From the human T2T-CHM13v2.0 reference genome, Homo sapiens, in NCBI RefSeq assembly GCF_009914755.1, contig NC_060926.1: a stretch of 64,000 bases of DNA; one strand, 5' to 3'. Within the stretch, counting starts at the first letter, position 1. Every line of letters starts with the position of its first letter. Of this stretch, positions 28,483-43,245 are shown in pieces. A program made the position numbers and the translations under genes. The notes beneath the pieces are model-generated. The model was not told the DNA's origin, made no database searches, and was given only the letters and a program-made list of their open reading frames with translations.

Positions 28483-30439
28483 CCTGGAAACTTTTTAAAA
28501 GAGAATTATCTCATCTAATATTGAGTCACTCAGTGGTATCATTTATGTAGGAAAGAGAGGATAAATGTTTATTCCTTTCCTTTTATCTAACAATTTTCAA
28601 AATAATAAAGTGCTTCATAGCATCCTGTAATAATGGCCAGTTAGTATTTCTCAAAAGTTTTATATGCACTTGTGCTTTAAAAATATTAGATGCATTTTGG
28701 ATCACGGCAGTTAGTATTCTATTTGATAATCATGCTATCCCAACTTTGATCAATGTGAGCAAATAACATAAATCAATGCAAACTACTTAAACATAACAAT
28801 ACTTTTTTAAAAGGATGAATTATTGTAAGAATACAGAGTGTCTTCTGACTAAGAATGCAGATCTTGGGTAGGACTGAAACTGGAAATTGGACTTTTTCCA
28901 TTTCTTGTCCTTGCATCTCTGCTTCATTCATCTCTCTGCCAACTGACTCTCTCAACTTCTTAGTTTTCATAGTGGGCAGAAGTGCTGCTGAATCTCACTC
29001 TATTCCATTCTAGCTTTACATTTTACTCAGAATCTCTATTACCTTATGATCTACAAGCTTCAGGAAAAATGAAAAGAATGCAGGGAATGCAGTTCTAAAC
29101 TATAACTATCAAAGCTTGAAGGAACATCAAATACCCAGGTCCCAAATCATTACAATTAGCTTATATGAAAATAAGATCAGTTCTCTCTAGGAACCACAGG
29201 TTTTCTCCCTCTGAGTTAAAAACAGATTTGCCTTATGCATTGGGGCATTATTTCCAAGCCTAGATTCTAAGCTATTACAAGCAGGTGTGACTGACCATTA
29301 CCAGGGATTCAGATGATGCCTACAGCTTTATCACTAACAAGCTGTATTTCTAAAACATCCTCCTAAGTGGACTCTCCATGATCAGAAACCCGGATATTTA
29401 GTCTTCTAAAGAAGGAATTAGGGAAAAATTGACTTTGAACTTTGATAGACTAGGTCTTACCTGGTAATGTTAACAACTGATATACCAGTAAAACTCCAAG
29501 GTGTTGATCCCAACGTAAAAAACAACCAACACATTTTTTTTTAGTGATTATTGTATGGCCACTCCATTCAGAGACCCTAAATTTAGGATTGTTATGTACA
29601 GAAGCCTCTGACTAGAGAAATAAATGGTTTACACACAAGGAGACAGAACATGTTGATGACTACAGAAAAAGCAGCTTCTACCCAAGTCAACAGACAAGAT
29701 TAATTTCTGATTCTTCATCACCCATTTGCTTTTCCCTTACTATTAATATAAACCATTATTATATTTTTGTACCTTTTATGAACTAATTAAAAGAATTTTC
29801 AATATGATCTTCCTTATCATAATTCTATTACTTTTGACTCTACATAATCTTTGGCTATTTAAGAAAAAACAAAACTTCCTGATGTGTTTTTCTCACATTA
29901 TAGCTATGGCTAGGAATTTAACTGTTTGCTGACAAAATTTAATAACTATTCCTTCCAACACTTCAAAAAGTAGATTATTTATAGGACCTTCCATAGCTTA
30001 AATTTCCCTCCCATCATTAATGACAACCTTTACTGAGTCCTATACAAATTAAACTTTGGCCTCCCATTAGCAAAATATTTTTGCTAAAGTTGTTACAGCT
30101 GTATCAGCAAAACAGCCTTTTAGAAAAGAGAACTAATACCATTCTTCTCACAATAGTCAGTTTGTTCTCTTCACAGACACACCAATCAGCTTTGCAGGAA
30201 ATATTTAACTTCTTCTAAGGAATCTGCCCAATTTGAGGGACAAAACATCAGCCTTCTTCTATTGTTCTAAATTGTACTTACACTCTCAATAGAATCTGTA
30301 CTTTCTAGAGTACTACCTATGTGAACACAAGGCTTATACTTGCCTGCCACACACTAACTTAACCTGTATATGCAGTATAATTGTTAGAGATTTTTTGATA
30401 TTTTAAAAGTACCAGCAGATCATGTTTCCTTGAAAAGAA

Positions 30440-31597
<1,158 letters not shown>

Positions 31598-31768
31598 CAG
31601 CAAATACAGGCTATTTGGAAAAATTCCATGTAGGAAAAATTAACTCCCTCTTTATGTATACTACATGAGCTATAACTCCCACAGTAAAAAAACAAACAAA
31701 AACACTTTTGGAGAAGGATGCCAAAAACTTGTCTTTGAATCAAGAAAAACTTAAAAATTACACAACTT

Positions 31769-33008
31769 TCTCAATCTCCCTCTCCCTCTCCCTCTCCCTC
31801 TCCCCACGGTCTCCCTCTCCCTCTCTTTCCACGGTCTCCCTCTGATGCAGAGCCGAAGCTGGACTGTACTGCTGCCATCTCGGCTCACTGCAACCTCCCT
31901 GCCTGATTCTCCTGCCTCAGCCTGCCGAGTGCCTGCGATTGCAGGTGCGCGCCGCCACACCAGACTGGTTTTCGTATTTTTTTGGTGGAGACGGGGTTTC
32001 GCTGTGTTGGCCGGGCTGGTCTCCAGCTCCTAACCGCGGGTGATCCGCCAGCCTCAGCCTCCCGAGGTGCCGGGATTGCAGACGGAGTCTCGTTCACTCA
32101 GTGCTCAATGGTGCCCAGGCTGGAGTGCAGTGGCGTGAACCTCCACCTCCCAGCCACCTGCCTTGGCCTCCCAAAGTGCCGAGATTGCAGCCTCTGCCCG
32201 GCCGCCACGCCGTCTGGGAAGTGAGGAGTGTCTCTGCCTGGCCGCCCATCGTCTGGGATGTGAGGAGCCCCTCTGCCTGGCTGCCCAGTCTGGAAAGTGA
32301 GGAGCGTCTCTGCCCGGCCGCCATCCCATCTAGGAAGTGAGGAGTGCCTCTTCCCTGCCGCCATCCCATCTAGGAAGTGAGGAGCGTCTCTGCCCGGCCG
32401 CCCATCGTCTGAGATGTGGGGAGCGCCTCTGTCCCACCGCCCCGTCTGGGATGTGAGGAGCGCCTCTGCCCGGCCACCACCCCATCTGGGAGGGGTACCC
32501 AGCAGCTCACTGAGAACGGGCCATGATGACAATGGCGGTTTTGTGGAATGGAAAGGGGGGAAAGGTGGGGAAAAGATTGAGAAATCGGATGGTTGCGGTG
32601 TCTGTGTAGAAAGAAGTAGACATGGGAGACTTTTCATTTTGTTCTGTACTAAGAAAAATTCTTCTGCCTTGGGATCCTGGTGATCGGTGACCTTACCCCC
32701 AACCCTGTGCTCTCTAAAACATGTGCTGTGTCCACTCAGGGTTAAATGGATTAAGGGCGGTGCAAGATATGCTTTGTTCAACAGATGCTTGAAGGCAGCA
32801 TGCTCGTTAAGAGTCATCACCACTCCCTAATCTCAAGTACCCAGGGACACAAACACGGCGGAGGGCCGCAGGGTCCTCTGCCTAGGAAAACCAGAGACCT
32901 TTGTTCACTTGTTTATCTGCTGACCTTCCCTCCACTATTGTCCTATGACCCTGCCAAATCCCCCTCTGCGAGAAACACCCAAGAATGATCAATAAAAAAT
33001 TAAAAAAA
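31769..33008 (+). mobile_element. SVA retrotransposon (SVA_D-like, short VNTR)
   Basis: (CCCTCT)n head, antisense Alu-like region, VNTR, SINE-R, AATAAA plus poly(A); 16-bp TSD AAAAATTACACAACTT (31753 / 33009). Confidence 0.95.
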
Positions 33009-33485
33009 AAAAATTACACAACTTCTTCTTTAGAAGCCTTGATAAAGCCATTTAAATTTAAATTTATTCACTGAAGTTATCATGAATAGTTACATAGCCT
33101 TTGAATTATTCTTAACAATCCAAGGAAAAATTTACTATAATAGATCACTTCTTGATGTGGTTATATATGTTAGAGGACAAGTAGAATAGTCCATGTCTAA
33201 GCTAAAATAAACATCTACCTCTCTAAAACAGATCCAGGTGAATTCTGGGATATATTTTCATCACCCTTATTTTATATTCTAGGCTTCTGTCTTTGAGACT
33301 TATTGTGAAGGTGAATAAGTAATCATATTTTTTAGGTTATTACTTTTTTGCAGTTGGCCAATATATCCTATTCAGACATCTAAATATGACTGCATAGCCA
33401 TTGTCATGTAAGATGATTCAATTCATCCTATGACAGAAGGAGGAGTTAACCCTAATCCAATATGGACTCTGTTCTCTGAACGACT

Positions 33486-33884
33486 GTACTAGTCCATTCC
33501 AGCACTGTTTAAAGACATACCTGAGATTGGGTAATTTAAAAAGAGGTTTAATTAGCTCATGGTTCAGCAGGCTGTATAGGAAGCATGATGGTGGCATCTG
33601 GGTGGCTTCTGGGGAGGCCTCAGGAAACTTGAAACCCCTCAGGTGAAGGGGAAGCACACAGATCAGCTCACATGGCCATAGTAGGAGCAAGAGAGAGATG
33701 GGGGAGATGCCACACACTTTTAAATGACCAGATCTCACGAGAACTCAATCATTATTGTCATGACAGTACTAAGGTGGAAATCCACTCCCGTGATCCAATC
33801 ACCTCCCATCAGGCCCCACCTCCAACACTGGGGATTACAATTCAACATGAGATCTGGGTGGAGACAGAGATCCAAACCATATCA
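33486..33884 (-). mobile_element. MST (MSTA/B) MaLR solo LTR
   Basis: TGTACTAGTCC...GGGGAGGCCTCAGGAAACTT...AGATCCAAACCATATCA. Confidence 0.85.
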
Positions 33885-34316
33885 ACAACTTTCTGATCTT
33901 GATTAGCAAAATCTCAGCAATGGTAAAAATCTGGATATCAACAATATCATCTTCCTTTGGCAGGGGATTGAGAAAAATAATTGCTTCTGTTTTCTGATAG
34001 CATCCAATTTGGAGCAAATTCCTACATCCTTAACACCCACCGTCAATCATCTAAGACAAACTCAAATCCTAAAACCTTCCTACTGAGAGAGCCCAGGAGT
34101 AGTAAACCCAAGTTCCACAATTGCAGGTGCATTTGTAGTAGTCTTTGACTGGAGGGAATTGACAGATTGAGTGATGTAAAATTGCCATTGTTGTAAGCAA
34201 AAAATCGTTGCATATTGGCCATTTTATATGGTTCAACTTAATGCAACAAACATGGCCATTTTGAGGGTCTATCTCTGAGAGTCAGTGGTAATTCTAAGAG
34301 AAAAAGCCCTACTACT

Positions 34317-34680
34317 ACATGTTGAGCATCCCTAGTCCAAATACCTGAAATCCAAAATGATCCAAAATCTAAAACCTTTAAAGTGGCAACATGATTCAAC
34401 AAAAGGGAAATTCCACATGTGACTTCATGTGATGGAGCACAGTAAAAATGTAGACAAAACTTTGTTTCATGCACAAAATTATTTAAAATATTGTGTAAAG
34501 TTACCATCAGCCTATGTGTATACTGTGTGTATAAAACATAAATAAATTTCATGTTTAGACTTGGATCCTATCCCCAAAATATTTCATTATGTATGTGCAA
34601 GTATTCCAAAATCTGAAAAAAATCTAAATTTGAAAATCTTCTGGTCCCATGCATTTTGGATAAGGAACATTCAACTTATA
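34317..34680. mobile_element. Tigger4 (Zombi/MER46)-like MITE
   Basis: TIRs GTTGAGCATCCCTA ... GGATAAGGAACATTCAAC, flanked by TA. Confidence 0.75.
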
Positions 34681-35004
34681 TTTCTACTACTAGATGATAG
34701 ATAAGTTATCAAGAGTTAATAGGAAAATGTGGTAGAAACAGTAGATAGCTTTTAAATTAATGTTGTCTGGAGAGAAAGATAGGAAAGAATTAGATATTGG
34801 AGAGGCTTCAGAGGGTTTATATGCAAAGACAGAGATGAAAGTAAAAAAAAAAGGAGTTAAAAATACTGCAGAGAGTAAATACTGGAACCCCAGAAGCATG
34901 GAAAAGGTTGGAATTTAGTCCTCAAGGAAGAATAGCCCAGGAAATAATAACTGCAAACTCAAAGTAGACCTCCGATGTGCGAAGACTGTTCTAAAATCCT
35001 TGCA

Positions 35005-35330
35005 AGTTGAATCTTGAAAACATCATGTTAAGGGAAGGAAGCCAGTGACAAAAGAACAGAGAGTGCATGATTTCATTTATATGAAATATTCAGAATAGGT
35101 AAGTCTACAGAGGCAGAAAGTTGATCTGTGGTTGCCAGGAGCTTTGGGGAGGGAAGAATGGGGAGTGGCTGCTAATGGGTACAGGGTTTCTTTTTGGGGT
35201 GATAAAAATGTTCTAAATTTAGATTGTGATGATGGTTGTACAACTCTGTGAATATACTAAAAATCATTTAACTATATACATTAATTATGCAAATTGTATG
35301 TGAATTATGTATCAATAAAGATATTTTTAA
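35005..35330 (+). mobile_element. L1MB-type 3' end
   Basis: GAATCTTGAAAACATCATGTTAAG...GGGTGATAAAAATGTTCTAAA...TCAATAAAG. Confidence 0.75.
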
Positions 35331-36639
35331 AAAGCATTACAAATATGTGTTCAATTTATTAAATAATAACTCATTTAGTATTCACAAACACCCCATGAGG
35401 TCAGTGTTGTTATTCATATTTTATAGATTAAGAAATTGAAGGACTCTGAAGAAAGAAGGAAAGAAGCAAGAATAATACTGTAATTGAAATAAGAGAAAGT
35501 TAAGTACTATGATGTGGATAAAAATACTTTTTTTGGCTGGCCACTAATATATTGAGAGCTATTACTTCCATTTTAATGTTTTCTCTTAAAGTAGGTGAGG
35601 CTACATGTAGAGAATATGTGTGGGAAAGGGTGGTAGAAAATAACTAACTTTGGGAAAGTGGATAAGTTTCAAAAGAGCTAAGCTGGCCATGCACAATAAA
35701 TAGATTTCTAAGAAGCACTGAAAAAACTATGAGGCTGCATACTACACATTTAAATGGCCCCAACACTCAGGGCTATGAGATATTCTTCAGTAATGCTTCG
35801 ATGCCATGAGGTAGGAGAAAATGGCATAGATTTGATGGATTCATAGTTAGGGAATTTTTAAATAGGGACACTAGTTTGTTAAGAGTGCAATTAACAGAGC
35901 AGCGTGACGGAACAGGGAATCTAGACTTGATATGAAAGGAAGTGAGGCCCAGAGAGGGCTCCCAGACAGGGCAGTTAGGACAGGTGCAAGGAATGAAAGT
36001 GTGGCTGGTGAAGAGTGCAAGTAGCAGGAACAGGAGAGTGAGAGTGCTTAAAAGGGGGAAAGTCAATCACAGAAGCAGTAGTGTGCTAGTAAGCATTTAA
36101 CAGCTGGCTCTCCGGGAGAAAAGCCCTGATTTGTAGGGCTTGCTACTTTCCATGGTAGTGGTACAGATACTATCACTCTAACCTAACCAGCAGGACCCTG
36201 CCACATGTCCTGGGCTGCACAGCTGCTAGAGGCCAGAGCAAGACTCCAGCTCTATGAAAGTTCAGATCCTCCTCTCTCTTCCTCCCAGCTTTGCCTCCCT
36301 TTTCAGAAATGCTCTCTCATCCCGTTTGCAGGTGCTTTGTGTTCAGGGGACTGAGCAAAGATCTGACTCAGGGCCCAGTGCACTCAAATACCATTGGTGT
36401 TACCACTCCCAGAAAAAAAAAAAAAAATCACTAGCGAGCCTGTGAAACCATGTTGCTGTCCCCTGGGGAATGGTTATGACTTACCGCCCAGTGGACATAA
36501 GTGGGTACTCAGGGGAAGATTATTAATTAGCTACTCCTTCAAACAACCTTAAAAAAAAATCTTTATTTCATGGGTGGTTGGGAGTGGGGGCAGATAGACA
36601 AAACACATTTCCTATTAACTAGATGTTATATTTACTTCC

Positions 36640-37048
36640 TGACACGGTTTGGATGTTTGCTCCCTCCAAATCTCATGTTGAAATGTGATTCCCCATGTTG
36701 CGGGCAGGGCCTAGTGGAAGGCGATTGTGTCATGGTTTGGGGGGGCAGGCAGGGGGGATCCCCTCATGAATGGCTTAGCATCATCCCCATGATGATAAGT
36801 GAGTTCTTGCTCAGTTATTTCTTACGAGATCTGGGACCTCTGCCTTTTCTTTTTCGCTCCTGTTCTCTCGCCATGTGACACTCCTGCTCCCCTTCACCTT
36901 CCACTATGGTTGTAAGTTCTCTGAGGCCCATACCAGAAGCAAAGCAGAAGCTGGAGCCATGCTTGTATAGCCTGCAGAACCATGAGCCGGTTAAACCTCT
37001 TTTCTTTATAAATTTCCTAATAGCAATGCAAAAAAATGGGCTAATACA
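36640..37048 (+). mobile_element. MST-family MaLR solo LTR
   Basis: TGACACGGTTTGGATGTTTG...CCAAATCTCATGTTGAAATG...GGGCTAATACA. Confidence 0.8.
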
Positions 37049-40031
37049 CTTCTTTGTATTAAAAATAAGTTGTCTAGTTTTGCTGAACCCCAGACAGTTT
37101 CTTGAGTTTAAATTTCATATGATAAAGTTAATCATTTGTTACCTGTCAGCTAGCTCTTATTGGTAGAATGTTAACTTACCTCTTGCGTATTTCTAAAGAA
37201 TACTCAGCTACAGTCACTCAGAAAACAGTGGAAATTTGTTTTCGCAAAAAAATTTTTTCTTCCACATGAGGGCACTGTCTACTTTGGATTTGGCTTTGCC
37301 AGTTTTGTAAGAACATATTTCCCATTTTGCCCATTGATGTTGTGGCTCCATTTCTAAATCCGTTTAACCCCACTGCACCTATAAATGTCAGGATACAATT
37401 TTACACGGGAGCTGAGCATAGTGCAGTTCCTTGTTTGGTAGAGAAGGCGAAGTCAGTAGTACCTCTCTTCCAGCTTTTTTCTGCTGCTTAAAAGCAACCT
37501 GAACCTCCATTCTTAGCCAAGCAATGTTTGGTGGCCTGGCTTGGCATGGATGGTCAAAGTGCCATCCACAGACCCTGGCAGGGCTGGGGTGACTGGCAGT
37601 CTCTATGGGCAGCTTCAAGGCTCACCAGGTGAAGTGATAGCCAGAGTTTCTGGGGCCTTGCAGATTCCTGAATAGAGATATTCACTGCAAATAATGAGGC
37701 ATATCTGATACCATGTTCACAACTTCCTGTGGCTACTGTTCTGGGCCACTTGATCCATCCATTCTCCTAATTGCTGCAAAACCAGATGGCAGAGCATATA
37801 CTCTAGTGGGTAGACCATTTCCTCCTAGGTCTACCTATGGATCTATGGATAGACATTTATCCTGCTGCAAGACTCAACACTCCCAAATGTTGTACTTCAT
37901 CCTGGGTCCTGGTCACAGGAAGGGATGCTTCATGGAATTCTGGGTGGAAGATTCTTGCCTTCACGTTTAAGTGATGATGGATCCAGGCACCATATAGCTT
38001 TTTGACTCAAGATACATGTGCCAAGTCTCCAAGAAACTGGCTGCATTTGAGATCAGTTATCTCAGGAGGAGTCAGCTGCTATTGACACCTAGGCTGGCTG
38101 AAGCATGCCTTGAGAGGACCTGGCATGCCACAACAAAACATGCAGGCTATCTAACCCTGGAGCAGCCAGCTGGTGAGATGGGACCCTCACAGTGCTTTAG
38201 AAATATATTATTTGAATGTCTTATTCTCCTTTACCTGTCCACCTAAACTGCTGGCCAGGCATGTTCTATCCTGCAATCTAAAGTACTACAGGGCCAAGTA
38301 GAGAGTGAAACCCTGAAAAACCCTCCAGTCTGAGAATTTTGAAGCTTGGAGACACATACAACAGTGCTGTTCTGAGAACCAGAGCCCAAGGGCTGCCAGA
38401 CTGGTCAGGGCCAAATGCTTAGGTGGGCTAGTCTCAGAGGTGGCAGACAATCTGTCCCTTATAAGTTCCCTTGCTCAGGCACTTTGACTGCACCGTGACA
38501 TCACCTGAACAGCTATATCACACACACACACACAAATGATCCAAAGGGGTTCTCTTGGCTTTATGCTCTATAGATCAAGTTTGAAAAACACCATTTCTGA
38601 TATTTGCAGCAGAAAAAAGAAAAGACCCCTAAACCAAAAGAACTGCTGTGTCCTTTGACAAAATCCTTGAGATGGTTTTTGCCTTACAGAACATCCCTTT
38701 TCACATTCCTACTCGTGTCATGCTTTGGGAGTGATGAATATTTTCCTCAAAGGTGCCACACTTTATTGATTCTGCACCCATTCCCATTGGCATCCTGATA
38801 ACACCCTATCTGTCCTCCCACATTGCCAATCCCCTTGGAATTGAATGCAGCTTCTCATCTGTGGCCTGATTTTGAAGGACATTGTACCGGACTCAACTCC
38901 TAAAGACAAACAGCAAATAAGACAAATCATTTGCGTATTTAGCCAGTCTACGTCAGGCAAAACATATTCATCAAATATTTATTATTTGTCAAAAAATGCT
39001 ACCTGCAAATAGATCATGAATTAGCAAGACAAAGAGGTAGAGAAGACAGCTTTCAGGCAGAGGTAACAGCAAGAGCCCTTTGGTGGGAGAGGCATGGTGT
39101 GTTCAAGAAGTTAGGTGATACTCATTGTGGCTGGACTGAAGAGAGCTGGGGGAGAGTGAAATGATGTGATGCTGGAGAGGCAGGCCAGGGAGAATATCAG
39201 TGATCTTACAGGTCCTGTTAAGGGTTTTGGATTTTATTCTAAATATAGTAGGACTCAAAGGTAATATCCATTTTTATCATTTCTATTCACAATACTTTCT
39301 TACTACAATGGAATTTGTATCTGTGCTGGAAATGAAGAATGCTATTTTAAACACAATGAACTTCAACAACTACTGTTGGGCAATAGTATAATCTTGGGTA
39401 AGCTGTTTTTATAGTTGGTATAAGAAAACCACGATGATATACCGTGATGTGTTTTGGAGTTCAGGAATTGAAGCCTCCTCTGGACCTATTCTAGAAGGGT
39501 AAAGATAGGACAAAATGAGAGAATGAAATTGGTCTGCATAATAAACCAGAAGAGTTTATTAAGATGAATTATCTAGAAATGTAATTGATGCCTGAGGGGG
39601 CTTGCACATTTTTCAACTTTATAGATACCAATAAATTGCCTTTCAAAGTAGTTGTTCAAATTCACATGCCCATCTGCAGCATTTGAGAGTTCCTGTTGCT
39701 CCATGTTCTCACTGATCCCTGGAATCATCAAACTTTAAAATGTTACCAATCTTATGTTGTTATTGTTTTCATTTGTATTTGTCTGATCATTGGTAAAGCT
39801 GCACATTTACTCATATGTTTAGTAGTATTTACATTTCTTTTTTTGGTGTGTAATACTTTACTCTCATATTCTTTGTCCATTTTTCTGTTGGATGTTCCTA
39901 TCTTTTTAAAAATTGATTTTTGGGTATTCCTATGTATTCAGACCTATTCATTTGTTAGCTTTATTATGACAAATAGCTTTTCTCAAGCCTGTGAATTATA
40001 TTTTATTTGCTGTTTTCTGTTTTATGGAAGT

Positions 40032-42080
40032 CGTATTAGTCCGTTTTCATGCTGCTGATAAAAACATATCCGAGACTGGGAAGAAAAAGAGGTTGAAGTG
40101 GACTTATAGTTCCACATGGCTGGGGAGGCCTTAGAATCATGGAGAGAGGCGAAAGGCAGTTCCTACATGGCGGTGGCAAGAGAAAAATGAAGAGGAAGCA
40201 AAAGTGGAAACCCCTGATAAACCCATCAGATCTCATGAGACTTATTCACTATCACGAGAATAGAACAGGAAAGACTGGCCCCCATGATTCCATTACCTCC
40301 CCTGGGTCCCTCCCACAACACATGGGAATTCTGAGACACATTATGCAAGTTGAGATTTGAGTGGGGGCACAGCCAAACCATATAATTCCAACATTGGCCC
40401 CTCCAAATCTCATGTCCTCACGTTTCAAAACCAATCATGCCTTTCCAACTGTCCCCCAAAGTCTTAACTCATTTCAGCATTAACCCAAACGTCCGCAGTC
40501 CAAAGTTTCGTCTGAGACAAGGCAAGTCCCTTCCACCTATGAGCCTATAAAATCAAAAGTAAGTTGGTTGCTTCCTAGATACAATGGGGGTACAGGTATT
40601 GGGTAAATATAGCCATTCCAAATGGGAGAAATTGGCCAAAACAAAGAGGTTACAAGGCTCATGCAAGTTTAAAATCCAGCAGGGCAATCAAATTTTAAAG
40701 CTCTGAAATTATCTCCTTTGACTCCCTGTCTCACATCCAGGTGATGCTGTTGTAAGAGGTGGGTTCCCATGGTCTTGGGCAGCCCCGCCCCTGTGGCTTT
40801 GCAGGGTACAGCCTCCCTCCCAGCTGCTTTCATAGGCTGGCATTGAGTGTCTGTGGCTTTCCCAGGCACACAGTGCAAGCTGTTGGTGGAGTTACCATTC
40901 TGGGGTCTGGGGTCGGTGGCCTTCTTCTCACAGCTCCACTAGGCAGTGCCCCAGTAGGGACTCTGTGTGGGGGCTCCCACCCCACATTTCCCTTCTGCAT
41001 TGCCGTAGCAGAGGTTCTCCATGAGGCCCTGCCCCTGCAGCAAACTTTTGCCTGGGCATCCAGGCATGTGGAAGATGCCAAGGCTTGGGGCTTCCACCCT
41101 CTGGAGCCATGGCCCAAGCTGTACATTGGACCCTTTCAGACACAGCTGGAGTGGCTAGGACACAGGGCATCAAGATCCTAGGCTGCACACGGCACAGGGA
41201 CTCCTGGGCTTCTGTGCCTGTGATGGGAGGGGCTGCCGTGAAAGTCTCTGACATGGCCTGGAGATATTTTCTTCATGGTCTTGGGGATTAACATTAGGCT
41301 CCTCATTACTTATGCAAATTTCTGCAGCTGGCTTGAATTTCTCCTCAGAAAATGGGTTTTTCTTTTCTGTCCCATAGTCAGGCTACAAATTTTCCAAACT
41401 TTTATGCTCTGCTTCCCTTGTAAAACTGAATGCTGTTAACAGCACCCAAGTCACTTCTCGAATGCTTTGCTGCTTAGAAATTTCTTCTGCCAGATACTCT
41501 AAATCATCTTTCTCAAGTTTGAAGTTCCACAAATCTCTAGGGCAAGGGCAAAATGCTGCCAGTCTCTTTGCTAAAACATAACAAGAGTCACCTTTGCTCC
41601 AATTCCCAACAAGCTCCTTATCTCCATCTGAGACCACCTCAGCCTGGACCTTATTGTCCATATCACTACGAGCATTTTGGGCAAAGCTATTCAACAAGTA
41701 TTTAGGGAGTTCCAAACTTTCCCAGATTTTTCTATCTTCTTCTGAGCGCCCCAAACTGTTCCAACCTCTGCTTGTTACACAGTTCCAAAGTTGCTTTCAC
41801 ATTTTTGGGTATCTTTTCAGCAATGCCCCACTCTACTGGTACCAATTTACAGTATTATTCAGTTTTCATGCTGCTGATAAATACATACCTGAGACTGGGA
41901 AGAAAAAGAGGTTTAATTGGACTTCCAGTTCCACACGGCTGGGGAGGCCTCAGCATCATGGTGGGAGGTAAAAGGCACTTCCTACATGACGGTAGCAAGG
42001 GTCCCTCCCACAATGCATGGGAATCCTAGGAGATACAATTCAAGTTGAGATTTGAATGGGGACACAGCCAAACCATATCA
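40032..42080 (-). mobile_element. THE1C provirus-like element (LTR-int-LTR)
   Basis: LTRs 40032-40385 and ~41852-42080 around a THE1 internal region; 5-bp TSD GAAGT (40027 / 42081). Sits in old antisense L1 sequence. Confidence 0.9.
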
Positions 42081-42869
42081 GAAGTTTTATATTTTAATTG
42101 GTAAAATGTATCAATGTTTACCTGACGTGAACAGCTTTGTGCTTTTTGGAATCTTATTTAAAATTTTTGCTTAAGAAACCCTACCAAAAAGTCATATTTT
42201 CTTTTTAAAGTTTTATTTCTCATATTTAGTTCTTTAAACCATTTGAAGTATATTTTGTGTAGGGTTTAAAGGCAGAGTCTAATTCAGCTATTTTTAATTA
42301 TGGACATCCAGTTGTCCTAGCACCATAGATTGAATGGGGCATTCTTTATTTTTTTAATTTTGTTTGTTTATTTATAACATGATGAATATTACCCAACCCA
42401 AGAACTAGATCACTAACAATAATTTAATCTACCTGTGTATTATTCCTTGAACAGGACACTCTTGCTTTCTGCTTTGCAATACTATGTCTGTCATGTTCTC
42501 CATATTGTTTCTCTGGCCTATTTTTCTATCTTTGGACCAATGTCACACAGTCTCATTACTAGATCTTTAAAATAAATCTTAATATCTGGTGGAGCAAGTT
42601 CTTATCTTGTTTTCAAATTGTCTTGGATATTCTTAACCTTTAGCTTTTTCATATGAATTTCATGTAGTATTTTGTTTAGAATGTTTCCATTTTTGTTTTG
42701 AGTGAAATTGGTCTACACATTGTTTTTTTTCCTGCACTATTCTTGTCTGGTTTGGTATCAGGGATTTTAAAGCCTCATTCAATAATGTGAACAGCGTTTC
42801 CTCTTCTTCTATTATATGAAATATTTTGTCTAAAATAGGAATTAGTTCTGCATTGTACAATATGGTAGG

Positions 42870-43245
42870 CACAAATAGATCTCCATTTGGCTGTTCCTCA
42901 GTTGTAGTCTTTATAATAAACCAGTAATAGTAAGTAAAGTGCTTTCTTGAATTCTGTGAGCTATTATAGCAAATTTTCAAACCTGAGGAGGGAGTCGTGG
43001 GAACTGGTTGGTCAGAAGTATGGGTGACAGACTTGTGATGGACATCTGAAATTCGGGCGGTATTGTGAGACTGAGCCCTTAACCTGAGATGTCTGCACTG
43101 ACTCTGGGTAGTTAGAATCAGAATTACATTGAATTGTGGGACATGAAGTTGGTGTCTGGAGAGCTGTAGAAGTGGTTGGTTGGTGTGAAAAGAAAAAAAA
43201 AAACTGACACATTTGGTGTTAGAAATGTTGTGAGTCAAAACAGCA
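42870..43245 (+). mobile_element. MER21-like LTR fragment
   Basis: CTTTATAATAAACCAGTAA...GGTTGGTCAGAAGT...GACTGAGCCCTTAACCTG...CACATTTGGTGTTAGAA. Confidence 0.7.

Larger units (their letters stand above)
25740..28760 (-). mobile_element. Old L1 (L1ME/L1MC-like) fragments with nested Alus and a (TA)n tract
   Basis: Antisense L1 3' motifs (GAATGGAATCATTAGGTCATAGGGTA; TTGCTTGAATCAGGATCTAAACAAGG); TA-rich tract 26880-26990. Confidence 0.6.

Noticed and set aside
32098-32823. 241-aa minus-strand ORF
   Set aside because: Antisense translation of the SVA SINE-R/VNTR, a common artefact.
40669-41971. Several 100-140-aa ORFs, including MGRSEEDRKIWESLELP...
   Set aside because: Fragments of the decayed THE1 internal ORF.
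42660-43238. 192-aa minus-strand ORF
   Set aside because: Chance read-through across a MER21-like LTR and an L1 fragment.
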